Origin: Laetmonice hystrix | Taxonomy: Eukaryota | Length of the DNA: 64,000 nt | Assembly: GCA_965235115.1 (NCBI GenBank) | Contig: OZ249445.1 | Location: forward strand, 25,296,001-25,360,000 | Direction of reading: 5' to 3' | In this document: positions 1 to 13,300 of the stretch, in pieces | Numbering within the stretch: the first letter of the stretch is position 1 | Layout: the number at the start of each line of letters is the position of its first letter | Notes under the pieces: model-generated | What the model saw: the letters and a program-made list of their open reading frames with translations, nothing else | The model's database searches: none | Told to the model about the DNA's origin: nothing | Program-made: the position numbers and the translations under genes

Positions 1-1281
1 TTATTCAACCAAGTACTAACCAAGTACTATCTTTAAACTCCGAGCTGGAAATCACATAACTACAGATGCCACTCCCATGCCCTTTTTACTGCACCAATCA
101 CATGACTGAGTACTGTTTAACTCAAATGAAAATTTTTACATAGATCTACGTGTACTAATGATTTGAAAATTTTCATATAAATTCAGACGGATTCCAAACA
201 CAGGCAAAAATATAGGACCCTCAGTGATCCATGAATACACACAGCACCCAGTACTATGAGAAAGTTTTACAGATTTCAGGGAGAGTAAACAACTCTTTGA
301 TCTCATGTTCACTCCTTCAGTCCTTGATCTCAGATGTTCAATTCTGTAAATATATTTTTAGATGTTTCAGAATTCGGTGGGCAGCCTCATTTGACAAGAG
401 TCAGTGGCATTGAGGCGTTAACGTCGATAAATAGTATGGTGTATTTAATCTGGGGTACAAGTCCAGCTGCTGACTGTAAAACTCAGATAAAACTCCATGC
501 CATCTGCTTCGACCTCTGTAACTCAGTTAACAATCCTGCCCAATCACACAATAGTTTCTCGTATCTCTTTCCGATGATGATAAATTTGTAAACATACCCA
601 TTTTCTGGTCAAGCGGGGAATACTTCAGAACCCCCATAAAATGTTTGATTATAGGTGTGACTACTACATGACTACAAATACACATTAAATTTCTGTTTTT
701 TTTCCTTTACTTTTTCTCGAACAAACTTCCTTACAAATGTAGAAACAATATAAAATCCTATTATTTTATACTTATTTGTCATCTTTGGGAAAAATTCCTA
801 TTAAAATACTCCCATGGCTTTGAAGAAAAAAGATCTGTAAGGTTTGCCTCATTCAGTCCTCGACGCACGTCAATATGGCATGCAGAGAGCAGAGAACTGC
901 CATACAGACGTAGACCAGCTAGTGTTGAAGGCGACGACGCCTTAGCATTCAAACGCGTGTTTCAATGTGTAAATTTGTGTTACGTATTTGCACTTTCCAT
1001 TTCCGTTTCAATTGCTCATGCTTAATATTGTACAGGAGCGTTTGGTTTTCCATGCATGTTGTTTGTTGTCCTGTTTCCTTACGGGTTTGTCTTTTGCAAA
1101 GTCTAACTCAAAACGGAACTGTAAAATGCTAACTGAAACGTATAACGGAAACATACACATATGGAAACACTTTACTTTGTCTTCAGCGCAAGCACTCGTC
1201 TCATTTTTCCGACTTTCAATGTTGCCATGGATACGTCACACATCAAGGTTCTAGTTCAGGGTGCTGTGGCCAGGGGATGGC

Positions 1282-1385
1282 TCAGTTCATCTGCTGGCGT
1301 CTCCGGGCGGTGCGCTGTTTGTCAAAGCGAGCTTCCATCTCCTCAAGAACCTTGGGAGTGTACCTCACCACCAACTTCACCGTCC
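1282..1385 (-). CDS. LIN7: LIN7 exon 6 (last coding): (G)[33 protein letters not shown]
   Basis: Acceptor ttttcgtacag; TGA at 1284-1282; missed by the ORF track. Confidence 0.95.
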
Positions 1386-4300
1386 CTGTACGAAAACAAC
1401 AAACAGGTCACAAGTTAAGATACAATTATGTGGATGGTAGAACATTCATCAAGGATATACATGCTTCTACTCTGGTAAGTTCTCCGCATCTGCAGTGGTG
1501 ATTATGAAAGAGGGCAAGGAAATAACAAAATATGCACTTTTTGTATTTTTGCAATGTACTATAATAGTGTACATTGTAAACAAGGTTAGTCATTGTACAT
1601 TGATCAACAAGTTTGTGTCCAAAAGAGAAATATGGCTATAGGAATTCAATACGGTTTACATGCCCGCTTGGCTATATGTTAGTGGCTTATCAAGAGGCCC
1701 ACGGATCGACTCTGCAACTTCTTCTATGTTCCTTTTTCTCCCTTAGGCTTTGATCACAGATGGTCAACGATGGTTCTAAGCATGACAGATAAGACCACAC
1801 TCCATTCTGCTGACACCACTTCAGTTGAAAAATTTACTAACCATAAAATGTAATTTTAAGCATTTTATTTTTAATTAAAATGTCAAAAACACTCAAAACT
1901 GGCAGCCATTTTGAATTCAAAATGGCGTCCAATATGGCCGACATAATTTTTTCTTCATCTTATCTTATACTACTGACTTAGATCTGCAAAATAAGGCCAA
2001 GATTAAGAATATTGGCCCAAAACATCCAAAGTTATTTACTTCTTCATCAAAAAGCTAGACATAAAAAAAGCCAAATTTGTGCCATGTTTTCAACCTCATC
2101 CCTATGGGAGAATTGTCCCACGAAAGCCCCATTTTTTCACACTTAAAATGTCCATAACTTCGGATAGAGACATGGTATCGAAGAAATTTAAACAGATTTG
2201 AAATGCACTCAATGAGCCCTTTCAGCTGATGTATCACTTGTTTAGAAAAGATGCATTTAAAAAAAAGGCCTAAACACCCTACCTTTGATCACAGATGGTC
2301 AACGATGGTTCTAAGCATGACAGATAAGACCACACTCCATTCTGCTGACACCACTTCAGTTGAAAAATTTACTAACCATAAAATGTTTGCAGAAAGCCAG
2401 GGGCCTGAGTGAAATGAATTCGTATCCACAACTGTTTAATTTTAGGATATTATCAGATAAGTTGAAAAAACCAGGGGGCTGTTTCACTAAAGCACGTCGG
2501 ACCGTTCGACCGGCAACGGAGGGTCTGTCGCTTGGTTGTAGGGTCTGCAATTTTTGGTCCGTCGCCGGTCGGACGGTCCGACGTGCTGAGTGAAACAGCC
2601 CCCTGAACTTTCAGGGCAAATCTGGCAGGAGCAGGGATGTCACTTCCTGCTGTGGAAACTTTAACTATTCTGTCTTTGAAATGATGCATTTTGGTGTTAT
2701 TTATGTTAAGAATTAGATTAATTCAGTCAGTGTTCATGTGAAATTCATAACTGTGACTTTGGACCAGATTTACCCCACCATCCAGATCTGGATTTGTTCG
2801 AACAAGTTTATCTCAGACGGATCATCCTTTGACTTGAAATCCAACAAATGACAGAAAAATCAAGGACCTGATTGTTAAGAGGGACATGATGATGGGTTAG
2901 CTTCTCGAGAAAAAATCGCAAGACAATCACTAACTAATTTTCTAAGGCAAAGAGACTTCAGAGTCAATTTCATATACGTGTACATAAAATGTGATCAAGT
3001 TTAATATGTTTGAATGTAGAAGTGGAAGGTCGATATCTGTGACTGTTACAAAAAGGTCAAACTTACATAGAATAACACCAAACTTGATGAAATATATGAT
3101 TTTATAATGGCAGGGCCCCCTGACTAGAGAACTATCCTGGAATACTATCCTAGGACAGTGAAAGCTTTCATTATGCTAGAACAATGAACATCATCACTAT
3201 TGATCTAACATATATCATGCAATGTGCACCATTAGTACAACTGCATCAAACTTAGCCCCAAGACTTTATGTTTCAAAAGTACCTTTTCCATCAAGAAAGT
3301 TCTGCTTATTTTTCGGGTATCTTAAAATCGCTCTTCGGCGATTTTCAAAACGCAAAGAAAGAGAAAATATATTAAACATGTACTACCAATATGCCTCTCA
3401 AAAATGTATACCACAAGAATTCAGAGCCTTTCATTCAACTGGTTTTTTTTTTTGCTTTTCTGTCTTGGCAACCAGAAAGGGGAAAACACAGAGTGTTTGT
3501 AAAACACCCTAGTCCTGGTAAGGTGCACATCAAACATTGAACCAGCAGATGAAATTTGAAATAAATAATTTAAAAAAAAGAGGAAATGTGACATCAACTA
3601 ACCATACACACTGTCTGTTTACACTTGAATTCAAACTACAGTAATCTAATAATGGTTACAACAGGGATCGAAATTATCGGAAGCAATGGAGAAATTTGCT
3701 TCCCTAAGAGTAAGATCATGAATTGCTTCGCTGAAGGCTGAGTCAGTGAACTTGTGTTATACATTGTAAAGCCTATTTGTTTGCATATTTGCTTCCATGG
3801 GAAAATCCTTAATTTCGACCCCTGTTACACTAACACATGGACTTTCGATACGTTACAAGATCGTGGCAACTTATGGTCTAACTTGAGAAAATGCCACTGA
3901 AATGATAAATTTCTAAAAGCACCTAAACAAGTCCTAAATCAATGAACCAACTACATTATACAGATGTGATAAAAAAAACCCAAATAGACTACGTATGCAA
4001 ACAATTGAAAAATCTGTTGTGTGAAAGCATTTGCAAATCATGTCAAAATAGTTTTTCTTTATGCACAATGATCTCAAAATAGTTATACTACAGTATATGT
4101 ACAGCAAAAGAAATACAAAATGTAGTATGGGGATTTAAACCAAAGCCAGGCACTTGAAAAATGTACATGAAGATGAAATGTGATCCTTGTGGCACTTACA
4201 TCCTGTGAGTAAAATCCGATGGGCGAGCAAGGCAGAGAAATGTCATGTACAGTTTGTTGGCAGCCATGGAAATTTACTACCCTAAGCTTTTCGTAATTAT

Positions 4301-7300
4301 TAACAGGCGCACAAGTGTATGAAGAGAACGGGGTGTTCAGTTGCTCTAGTATTAGTGTTTTAAGATTCTAAATTGTGAAAGAAGGTGAGAGTCAAAACCT
4401 GTATCACTGAGCAAACAATTAATATTCCTACATACATTATTTTCCATGATTCCTTTATTACTAAGTACTTTAAAAGGAATGGAAAATATCTTTTGCCTCT
4501 TTCAGGTGTAATAATGTAGAAGACACAAAAGTAGAATCATTAGCAACAGGAACCCAAGCTGACAATGTCAATGGCAAACAAAATTATCAATACATTGTAC
4601 TTTTTGGTAAGCTCGGCAGATAAAGTAAAAAAAAAACAATTAAAAAGGTTATTCAAGAATGAAAAGTGACGTTTGGAAATTATGGTTTCTTCTTTTACAA
4701 GATTTCCTAGCAAAAATAATTAGGGGAGAGGAGAAATATTGGCCTAAACATCTCCACAACCATAGATCTATTTTTTGCTACCAGAATTTCTGAATTTACA
4801 ATATAACATTTACAAAGAGACAAGATATGTCTACATAAGGGAAAATTGAAAAATTATGTTTTTTGGGGTATATTTTGTCTCCTCGAATTTTCTGCAGATT
4901 GAAAAGCCAATAAATTAGCTTTTTTCATGCCATAAAGATGAAATTCTTTTTCAAGTCACTATGGAAAGAATCATAAGGGATGGAGGGATGAAATAATGGT
5001 AGAATTCCAAGATGACATACAGAGCATTTGAAAAATAGAATGACTCCCTAGTAGAATTATAAAAAAAAAATATTAGCTAATTAGTTAATTACTCTGTTTG
5101 TAATAAATCATTCAGAATTTTTGCATCATTGAAAAAATGTGCATAGTGTAATGAGAATTCAGGTAAGCATTGGCTGATTTAAAGAGTCAATCATTTCTCA
5201 ACTGAGTGACACTGAGACAAACCTGATCTCCCCCGCTGTGAAGAGAAACATTAGCATGGAAGTGGCCAAAGTGGGAAACTTTGTTTTGAACATGTCTGAA
5301 CAGTACAAGACAGTGGCACCTGTTGATAATTATCTTGGAAGAAATCTGCAGTGTTATAATACTTATATACAGTCAAACTCAGACCGACTGCAAGGAACCC
5401 AAATAAGAAATGGCTAAACTCACCTTGTGCCGCTTTGAGTAGGTCAACCGCTTTCTCATGGGGCTCGCCTTCTACACTCTACAACAGACAATGACTGTGG
5501 TCAACTGCAGTTCACTTGGTTAAAAGGAAACATGGCGTAAAAATTTACCACAGTTCAGGGCTCAGATTAAAGGCCACGGCAACCATGGCACTTGCCGTGG
5601 TTGCCCTCCCCACTTGCCGCAGTGCCCTGATTATATAGACAACGTCTTTGTGCCTTTCCCATAAATACACACAAATACACGTCTTGAGACAAAAATTGGT
5701 GCCCCTCCTTTGAGGAAATGTTGGTCTTGGTGCCCCTCAAACTTGCCTTGGTGCCCTAAAATTTCTGCTTAGACCCAACTTGTCCCAAGGTAACACTTGC
5801 CTTGCCCTAAATAAATTAAAATTCGAGCCCTGACAGTTCCAGTATCAATGTCTTGGGATGGGGTAAATTCCTGATCAGTTACTGAAAAACAATTAAAAAA
5901 AAAGTATTCTTACTCTTATTTAGTCATGTTGCAAACATGCAAGTTTCTAAACATCTAAGATATCTGCCTGCTACACTTACCACACCGTTAACTGAGAGGA
6001 GCTGATCGCCCCTTTTCAGTCCACCATGACGGTCAGCGACACCTTGCGGGATGATGCGGGAGATATAGATGGGAGAGTTCTGTTCCTTGCCACCCATCAC
6101 ATTGAATCCCAGACCTTCCTCCGTCTTTGGGAGTTCAACAACGCGTGGGTGAGCGTGGCCTTCACTGGCAGCGAACGCAGCCACAGTGGCCTGGAATATA
6201 AAACAGGGGGTCACAAGGGTCACTCCACCTTCACCCACACAACATCTACCTATTGCACAAGGTCTAAAGGGCGTTTAATCCTAAACTGGTGTCAATGAGC
6301 AGTGTTCGCATCAAAAAGAAAAGTGAGTGCCCTGGACAAGTAAAAGAATTTGTCTCAAACCTACCTTGGCAGTGGCATTGGCTCTAATCTCAGGGCTGCC
6401 CGAGATGTCGACAGTCTCGTAGACGTGCTCGTAAACCTCACGGACAGCAGTGCAGAAGTCGCTCTGGAGCACCTTCTGTAGAGCGGCGAGTTTGTTTGGG
6501 TTCCCAATCTCACCACCTGAACAAGGCAAACATCATATCGAGTTATCAATTTGTAGACAATCTGCAAGGTGTTGTAATGCATCATGGCATGCATTACTTG
6601 TGAGATTTTAAGGCCATAAAACTGACTCAAGTTGCCCATGTACTGATGTAGCCCTTACAAATCTCTTATTGTAATTAGTTAAATAACTTTTGACACATTA
6701 AAAATCTGTAAATTTAACTGAGATTACTTATAGTGAAGGTCAGACTTACTCCGCTGCAGATGCTCCAGCAGCTCAATTGCCCTCTGAATATCTGTGTAAT
6801 GAAAGCACATCTGTTAACATTCTTACCATGCTACAGGGATTTAGAGCTACAGCACACCCACACGCCAAAATACAAACCTATTGTCGCCTTAAAATAGCTT
6901 AGCTGCAGAGCTGGAAATATACAACAGCACTCATGGCAATTGCTGCCGTAATCAACTGATTTGCCGCCGATGATACCAATAAATGACAACACACAATTGC
7001 CATCGATAAAATCCTGTTAGATTTTCTTCACATACATCTAGGCACAATGCCCCTGGGTATTCAGGCTTTCCTGGAGATTTTCGACTTTTGGGGGGGGAAT
7101 GCTGCAAGTTTGGAGGGGGGGGAGAGTAATGCAAAATATTGCAAGCATGATTGTGAATCTTTACTTCAGAATAGATGCCCAGGGCCAGGCCCTGAGGCTG
7201 AGCACTTTAACAATTTTTAATGGAACCAATACAATTCAATATAACAAAATTAGCTGTATGACTTGAGCCCTTCTTGAGCAGCATGTTCTGAAAAAGCGAA

Positions 7301-10300
7301 TGAATGGATTGGGAGTTTCGGCTCTTTTGTGTTATTGGTTAATGGTGCCTTCACTCTGAGCCATCGTCCACAACGTGAAGTGAAGTAATGCACAACTGAA
7401 CTTTTCAACTAGTAACAGAAACATAAGCAGTAAACACGAAAAACCATGCAAGAAAATCAACACAAATTCCTAAAACTGAAAAACTAAAATTGCTGTGGTT
7501 GAACACAAAATTGCTGTGGAGAGCTTCTGACACCACAGCATTTTTTTTTAAATGCTGTGGTAAACAATTTGGGAATTTCCAGGCCTGAGCTGTGTCCCCC
7601 CCCCCCCCCCATTGACGGGATAGAGTGGACCTGTTAGACCTACATAGGCCACCAGTACAGTGTATTGACTGCCCTTCGGCTGGAGCAAACACTACAGTGA
7701 GGGCACTCTACATGTGTTGACTGGCCTTATTGTCGAACAAACACTACAGTGAGCATTCCAAACATGTACTGTCTGGCCTTATACTTGATAAACACTATTC
7801 CTGTAGAGGACTTTACAACTTTTCTCTTTAGGGACATTGTCAAAGTAATTGGGTTACCCCTGATGCCCGTGCATTTCAAAAGAAAAATACAACTTGAGGG
7901 CTCACCACATGTACTGACTGGCCTTATATGTCAAGCAAACACTACAAGTAACAGTGAGGGCTCCCTACATGTATTGACTTGCCATGCCGAGCAAACACTA
8001 CTGTAAGGGCTCCCTCCATGTTATGACTGGCCTTGGGCTACAGCAAACACTACAGTGACTGAGTGAGGGCTCCCTACATACATGTATTGACTGGCTATAA
8101 TATACTCGAGCAAACACTACATTGCGGGCACTCTACATGTATTGACTGGCCTCTGCCTCGAGCAAACACTACTCGATGACCCGTGGTTTTGGGTCAAATA
8201 CGCACGAAGTGTGTAATCTGAGGCACAATAAAAACCGGCAGGAGTCAGTGAAACGCACGAAGATTCCCCCAATTTTGACCCCCAGACTAGAGAATGGTAT
8301 GCTGGGTTACAACCCTCCACTGCAAAAGGCATGCATAATGACTGAAATAAATAAAAACACTCTCGTCGAGTGGCCAATTTCATTATCTACATATGAGCAC
8401 ACTCAACAACACGTTGACTACGAGTTTGGATTCTAAAGACAAAAATGCTGGCATGCATTTGACTCTTCAAAGTTGTGAACTGACCATGCTTGACCCCTGA
8501 CTTTTGAGGGTTGACCCCCCCAAAAAATAGACAGAAGTCTCTGACCCTTCTACTGAAAACTCCAGTGAGAGCCCTGGCTCTATCCATGTATTGACTGCCC
8601 TTGGGCTGGAACAAACGCTACAGTGAGGGCTCCCTACATGTATTGCCTGGCCTTATTGTACTCGAGCAAACACTACAGTGAGGACTCCCTTATGTATTGA
8701 CTGGCCTTATACTCGAGCAAACACTACGTCTACAGTGAGTGAGGGCTCCCAACATGTACTGTCCAGCTGTTATACCTGAGCAAACACTACAGTGAGGGCT
8801 CTCTACATGTATTGACGGGCCTTATTCTCGAGCAAACAGTACAGTGAGGGCACTCTACATGTATTGACTGGCCTTATATGTCAAGCAAACACTACAGTGA
8901 GGGCTCCCTCCATGTAATGACGGCTCTTGGGCTAGAGCAAACAGTACAGTGAGGGCTCCCTACATGTATTGAGTGGCGTCATACTCGAGCAAACACTACA
9001 GTGAGGTCTTTGTACATACATGTATTGACTGAGTCTAGACTGAAGCAAACACTACAGTGAGGACTCTCTACATGTACTGACTGGCCTTAGCCTGGAGCAA
9101 ACATTATGTAGAGTGAGGGCTCCCTACAACTGTACTGCAGTACTGCATACAGACAGTTAAACCTGTTAAACACCAGGCCAGGTCATAAGAAAATCACTGG
9201 ATTATGAGGGTCCTGGAATGGCTCAGGAGAGCCACTCACAGCACTGCAGTGCTGACTGACCTAGTTTTCTCACAGACATTGGGGGAGCGTGATTATTGCT
9301 CTCCCCAGTCCTAAATCAGGAGTGTGATGGAGCAGGAGAGTGATCGCGCTCCTCTCCTGACAAGGCCTGGAACACCTCTGATTAAGGAACACAGTCTCCA
9401 AATAGTGAGCACTTTTCACATTCCCAGTTTTAACAAGTGCGCAGGGCTAGAAAAATCATGTGCCTGCACCTAAATTTTTATCAGGGCACCTAAAAAAGGA
9501 TTTTGTCACAAAAGAAAGTGCCCAGGTTGGGGCACGTCAAACGACCCAGGCCAGTGCACTACATCGTTACAATTATGCATACATGTACTCATGTTGACAG
9601 TATGACAATATAAATGAAGTTATAAATGGGCGACTTGCCCCAGTGTCCAATATGCTGCTAATGCAGTGTTCTTAACAGTGCTCATTTGGTCTGGTCTGTT
9701 ACCAGTCGGAAGCAACCACTGCCTCTCCTCCCCACTATTCGGCACTAACCAAAATCACTGCCAGCTGAGCATGGATACCACCTGCATGACACTGGGTCGC
9801 CGTCAGACCCCCAGACTAAGTGGCAATATATACAGATAAACTTGGATAATCTGACACTGGACAAACTGAAGATCTGACAAGAATTAGCAACTGACCAAAC
9901 TAAACTGACTGTCAAAACACTCACTAATCCGACAGGCACATTGCTTGGCACCTCCAGCCCCACAGTCAGCATGCACTTTTAACACCCCCCGGATCAGCAC
10001 CTGGTCTGAGCCTTTGGTTTCCATGAGACAATACAAATTTACTGGGGTGAATACTTGGGCTATTCCAGATGGTCATGTACATTGACAATGTTGTATTGAT
10101 ATTTTATGCTCCTGCTGATACAACATGTGTTAGAATTGGTTATCACAGACACAGTACTAATCTTTTAATCTAAAAAAAGCTAGTTAATTAAAAATTAATA
10201 ATCAGATTATTTATTTATAAGGATGCTGCAACATCTTGAAATCTTTACATCAGGAATGTAAGCCTGAGGTTAGAAAGAAATATTCTAAAAAGGCTACTTC

Positions 10301-13300
10301 AACTAGCAAATTATTAGAAAAAAAATAAAAATAAAATCTAAATTTAAATAAGGCATAAGGCAGTGTATATTTAGCCAGAAAATCGGGGGGGGGGGGGGTC
10401 ATGTGATCATTAAGCTTCAATCCTATTGGATAATGCTCTACACCGGCTAACCATCCTAAACACCTCGTAATAATAGGATATTTTTTTAAAAATAACACCC
10501 AATTTGACCACATTAGGCCTGACCCTAACGGAAGTTTGGATTCGGTAATTAGTCAAACTTACATCATCTTATTTAAGCTCTTGCCGGCTAAATATACACT
10601 CCCATTAAGTTAAAATAAACAATAGTTAGGCTGACTTATAGTCGATTCGCCCCAGGTCGGTTTCAACCCAGGTCGGTTTCGCCCCACAACCTAGCCGATT
10701 CGCCCCACCCCTAGTCGTTTCGCCCCACTCTCGAAGTCGTTTCGCCCCACTCGATGATCTCGAAGTTCATTTGCCTCAACCTCTAGTCTAAGTCTGTTCA
10801 TCACACTGGAGCTTTTATAGTTAGTTATTACAAGGGTTGATACATACTTCAACTTGTTAGGCCGGCTATACTGCCTATACTGGCTATAGGCAGGCAAGTT
10901 AAACTGCCACCGGGCCGGGGCCTACGTGAACCCACCTACACAGAGCCCGTAGTTAGCGGCTCGCTCCCGGCCGGCCCAGTCTGGACTGGGACGAAACGAC
11001 TTTTCGAGTGGGGCGAATAGTCTTCTACCAGTGGGGCGAATCGTCTTTCCGAGTGGGGCAAATCGACCGGGGCGAATCGACCATCTACCGTTAGTAGGGT
11101 GTTTAGGCCATTTTTTCAAATGCATCTTTTCTAAACGGGTGATATATCAGCTGAAAGGGCTCATTGAGTGCATTTCAAATCTGTTAAAATTTCTTCGATA
11201 CCATGTCTCTATCCGAAGTTATGGACATTTTAAGTGTGAAAAAATGGGGCTTTCGTGGGACAATTCTCCCATAGGGATGAGGTTGAAAACATGGCACAAA
11301 TTTGGCTTTTTTATGTCTAGCTTTTTGATGAAGAAGTAAATAACTTTGGATGTTTTGGGCCAATATTCTTAATCTTGGCCTTATTTTGCAGATCTAAGTC
11401 AGTAGTATAAGATAAGATGAAGAAAAAATTATGTCGGCCATATTGGACGCCATTTTGAATTCAAAATGGCTGCCAATTTTGAGTGTTTTTGACATTTTAA
11501 TTAAGAATAAAATGCTTAAAATTACATTTCTTGCGATTTTCAAGGTAAAATGTACAAATACTAAGGTGGTTAATATGACGGCTCACTTCAGATTAAAAAA
11601 AAACAAAATGGCCGCCATTTGGCAGCCATATTGGAATCAATATGGCCGCCAAATCAGAAAATTGTCATATATGGCCTGAATCCAGCAAATATCATACATT
11701 TACTTATTCCATTCTCTCCTATTTGTTGCACTCTTTACTGTAACATACATTTGCGTCCCATAACCAAGATGGCCGCCATATTAGACGCCATATTGGAATC
11801 AATATGGCCGCCAAATAAGAAAATTGTCATATATGGCCTGAATCCAGCAAATATCATACATTTACTTATTCCATTCTCTCCTATTTGTTGCACTCTTTAC
11901 TGTAACATATATTTGAGTCCCATAACCAAGATGGCCGCCATATTAGACGCCATATTGGAATCAAGGTGGCCGACAAATCAAGAAAAATAAAAAATTAAAA
12001 AAAAACCCTATACTGCCTACTAGTTTTTAATACTACTACCTAACTCCCTGCAGACCTGTATGACCCCCCCCCCCCCCCGATTTCCTGCAGACCTGTATGA
12101 CCACCCCCCGACCCCCCCCCCCCCCCCGCACATAACAACCCAACCCCCACTCCCAGCCATGGCATGGCAACGGCTTTTTCGTTTCGTTTTCCGCTGAGAT
12201 GTGAGCTGAGCAGCATTTTACTGTTCATGTGAGCAGTGCTCACCGTGAGCAGTAGACTCTACATCGGCTGGGGTTTTTTTGTTTACCCTGAGCACACAAG
12301 CTCACATGAGCACTTGCTTACGATGAGCAAGACACCGTAACTATGGAGATATGACGGGACAGTTTATTGTCATCACTCAGATACGGTGACGTCACAATAC
12401 GGAGAGCGTACAGCCAGGCAGCCCGGCTACGCTCTGCACTGACTACAGCGGCGGCGGCTGTCAGCACCCCAAACTCAAATTTTTCAAACGCGATTTTCAT
12501 TCAATGTTACTAATCACACACTACCTAAAGGACTACCAAATGAAAGAGAACACCCTACTCTACTAAGATCCGTTTGTAACTAAATTTCAGCTATTATCAA
12601 TATAGTGACTATAATGAGAAGAACTACAAAAAATGGCATAAAACCGTTGTTTATTGACCTACCGTTTAGTTACAAACGGCTCCTGATAGCTGAAGTCATT
12701 TCCTATTGGCTGAAATAGGTCCCATGATCCCATTGTGCGTAACATTGAATGAAAAATTGCGTCATAATAAGGCCTATTTTCCGACAAGGCCAAAAACGTT
12801 CGGTCATTTTCACCGCTGAGAGCACGGCACGGTTTTTCATGCAGTCGGCCACTTCAACCAGCGCTTGCGCCGCAACCCCTCACGGTACAGCATAGTGATT
12901 ATAACCATCAGAATCCTCAGATTCTCCTCTTTCTGATGATGATAGATTTATAATAATTTGTCCAGAATTAGACCTTATGCTGGGAGGATTTCTACAGCGC
13001 AACAGCCTGCGGCGGCTGTGACACCGTTTGTCCCACTGCATTGGAACGTCACATAAACTCCCTACCGTTAGGCCTACTCGCCTTACGTCAGGCTCGGCTA
13101 CTGGAATTTTAAAACTCTCGACTGGTCTTGACGAGTAAATCTACAAGTTTATGTGTGTCATGACTTACTCACTTAGTTATATGTCACTTTGTTATGTCGT
13201 GTGATAAGTATCCCTCTCTCTGACTTGTCGTTATGACTAGTTTTAATCTTATGACGTTATGTTAGACATGACATTTGAGTTACTTGTGAAGTTGTGTCTT

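Noticed and set aside
334-591. 85-aa ORF after an AG, possibly the last exon of an upstream gene
   Set aside because: No recognisable homology; may be LIN7 3' UTR antisense; cannot be supported.
12318-12500. GC-rich segment with TGACGTCA and a GTAAGC donor as an alternative LIN7 first exon
   Set aside because: No ATG in the phase needed to join exon 2; a non-coding exon or enhancer is possible but unsupported.
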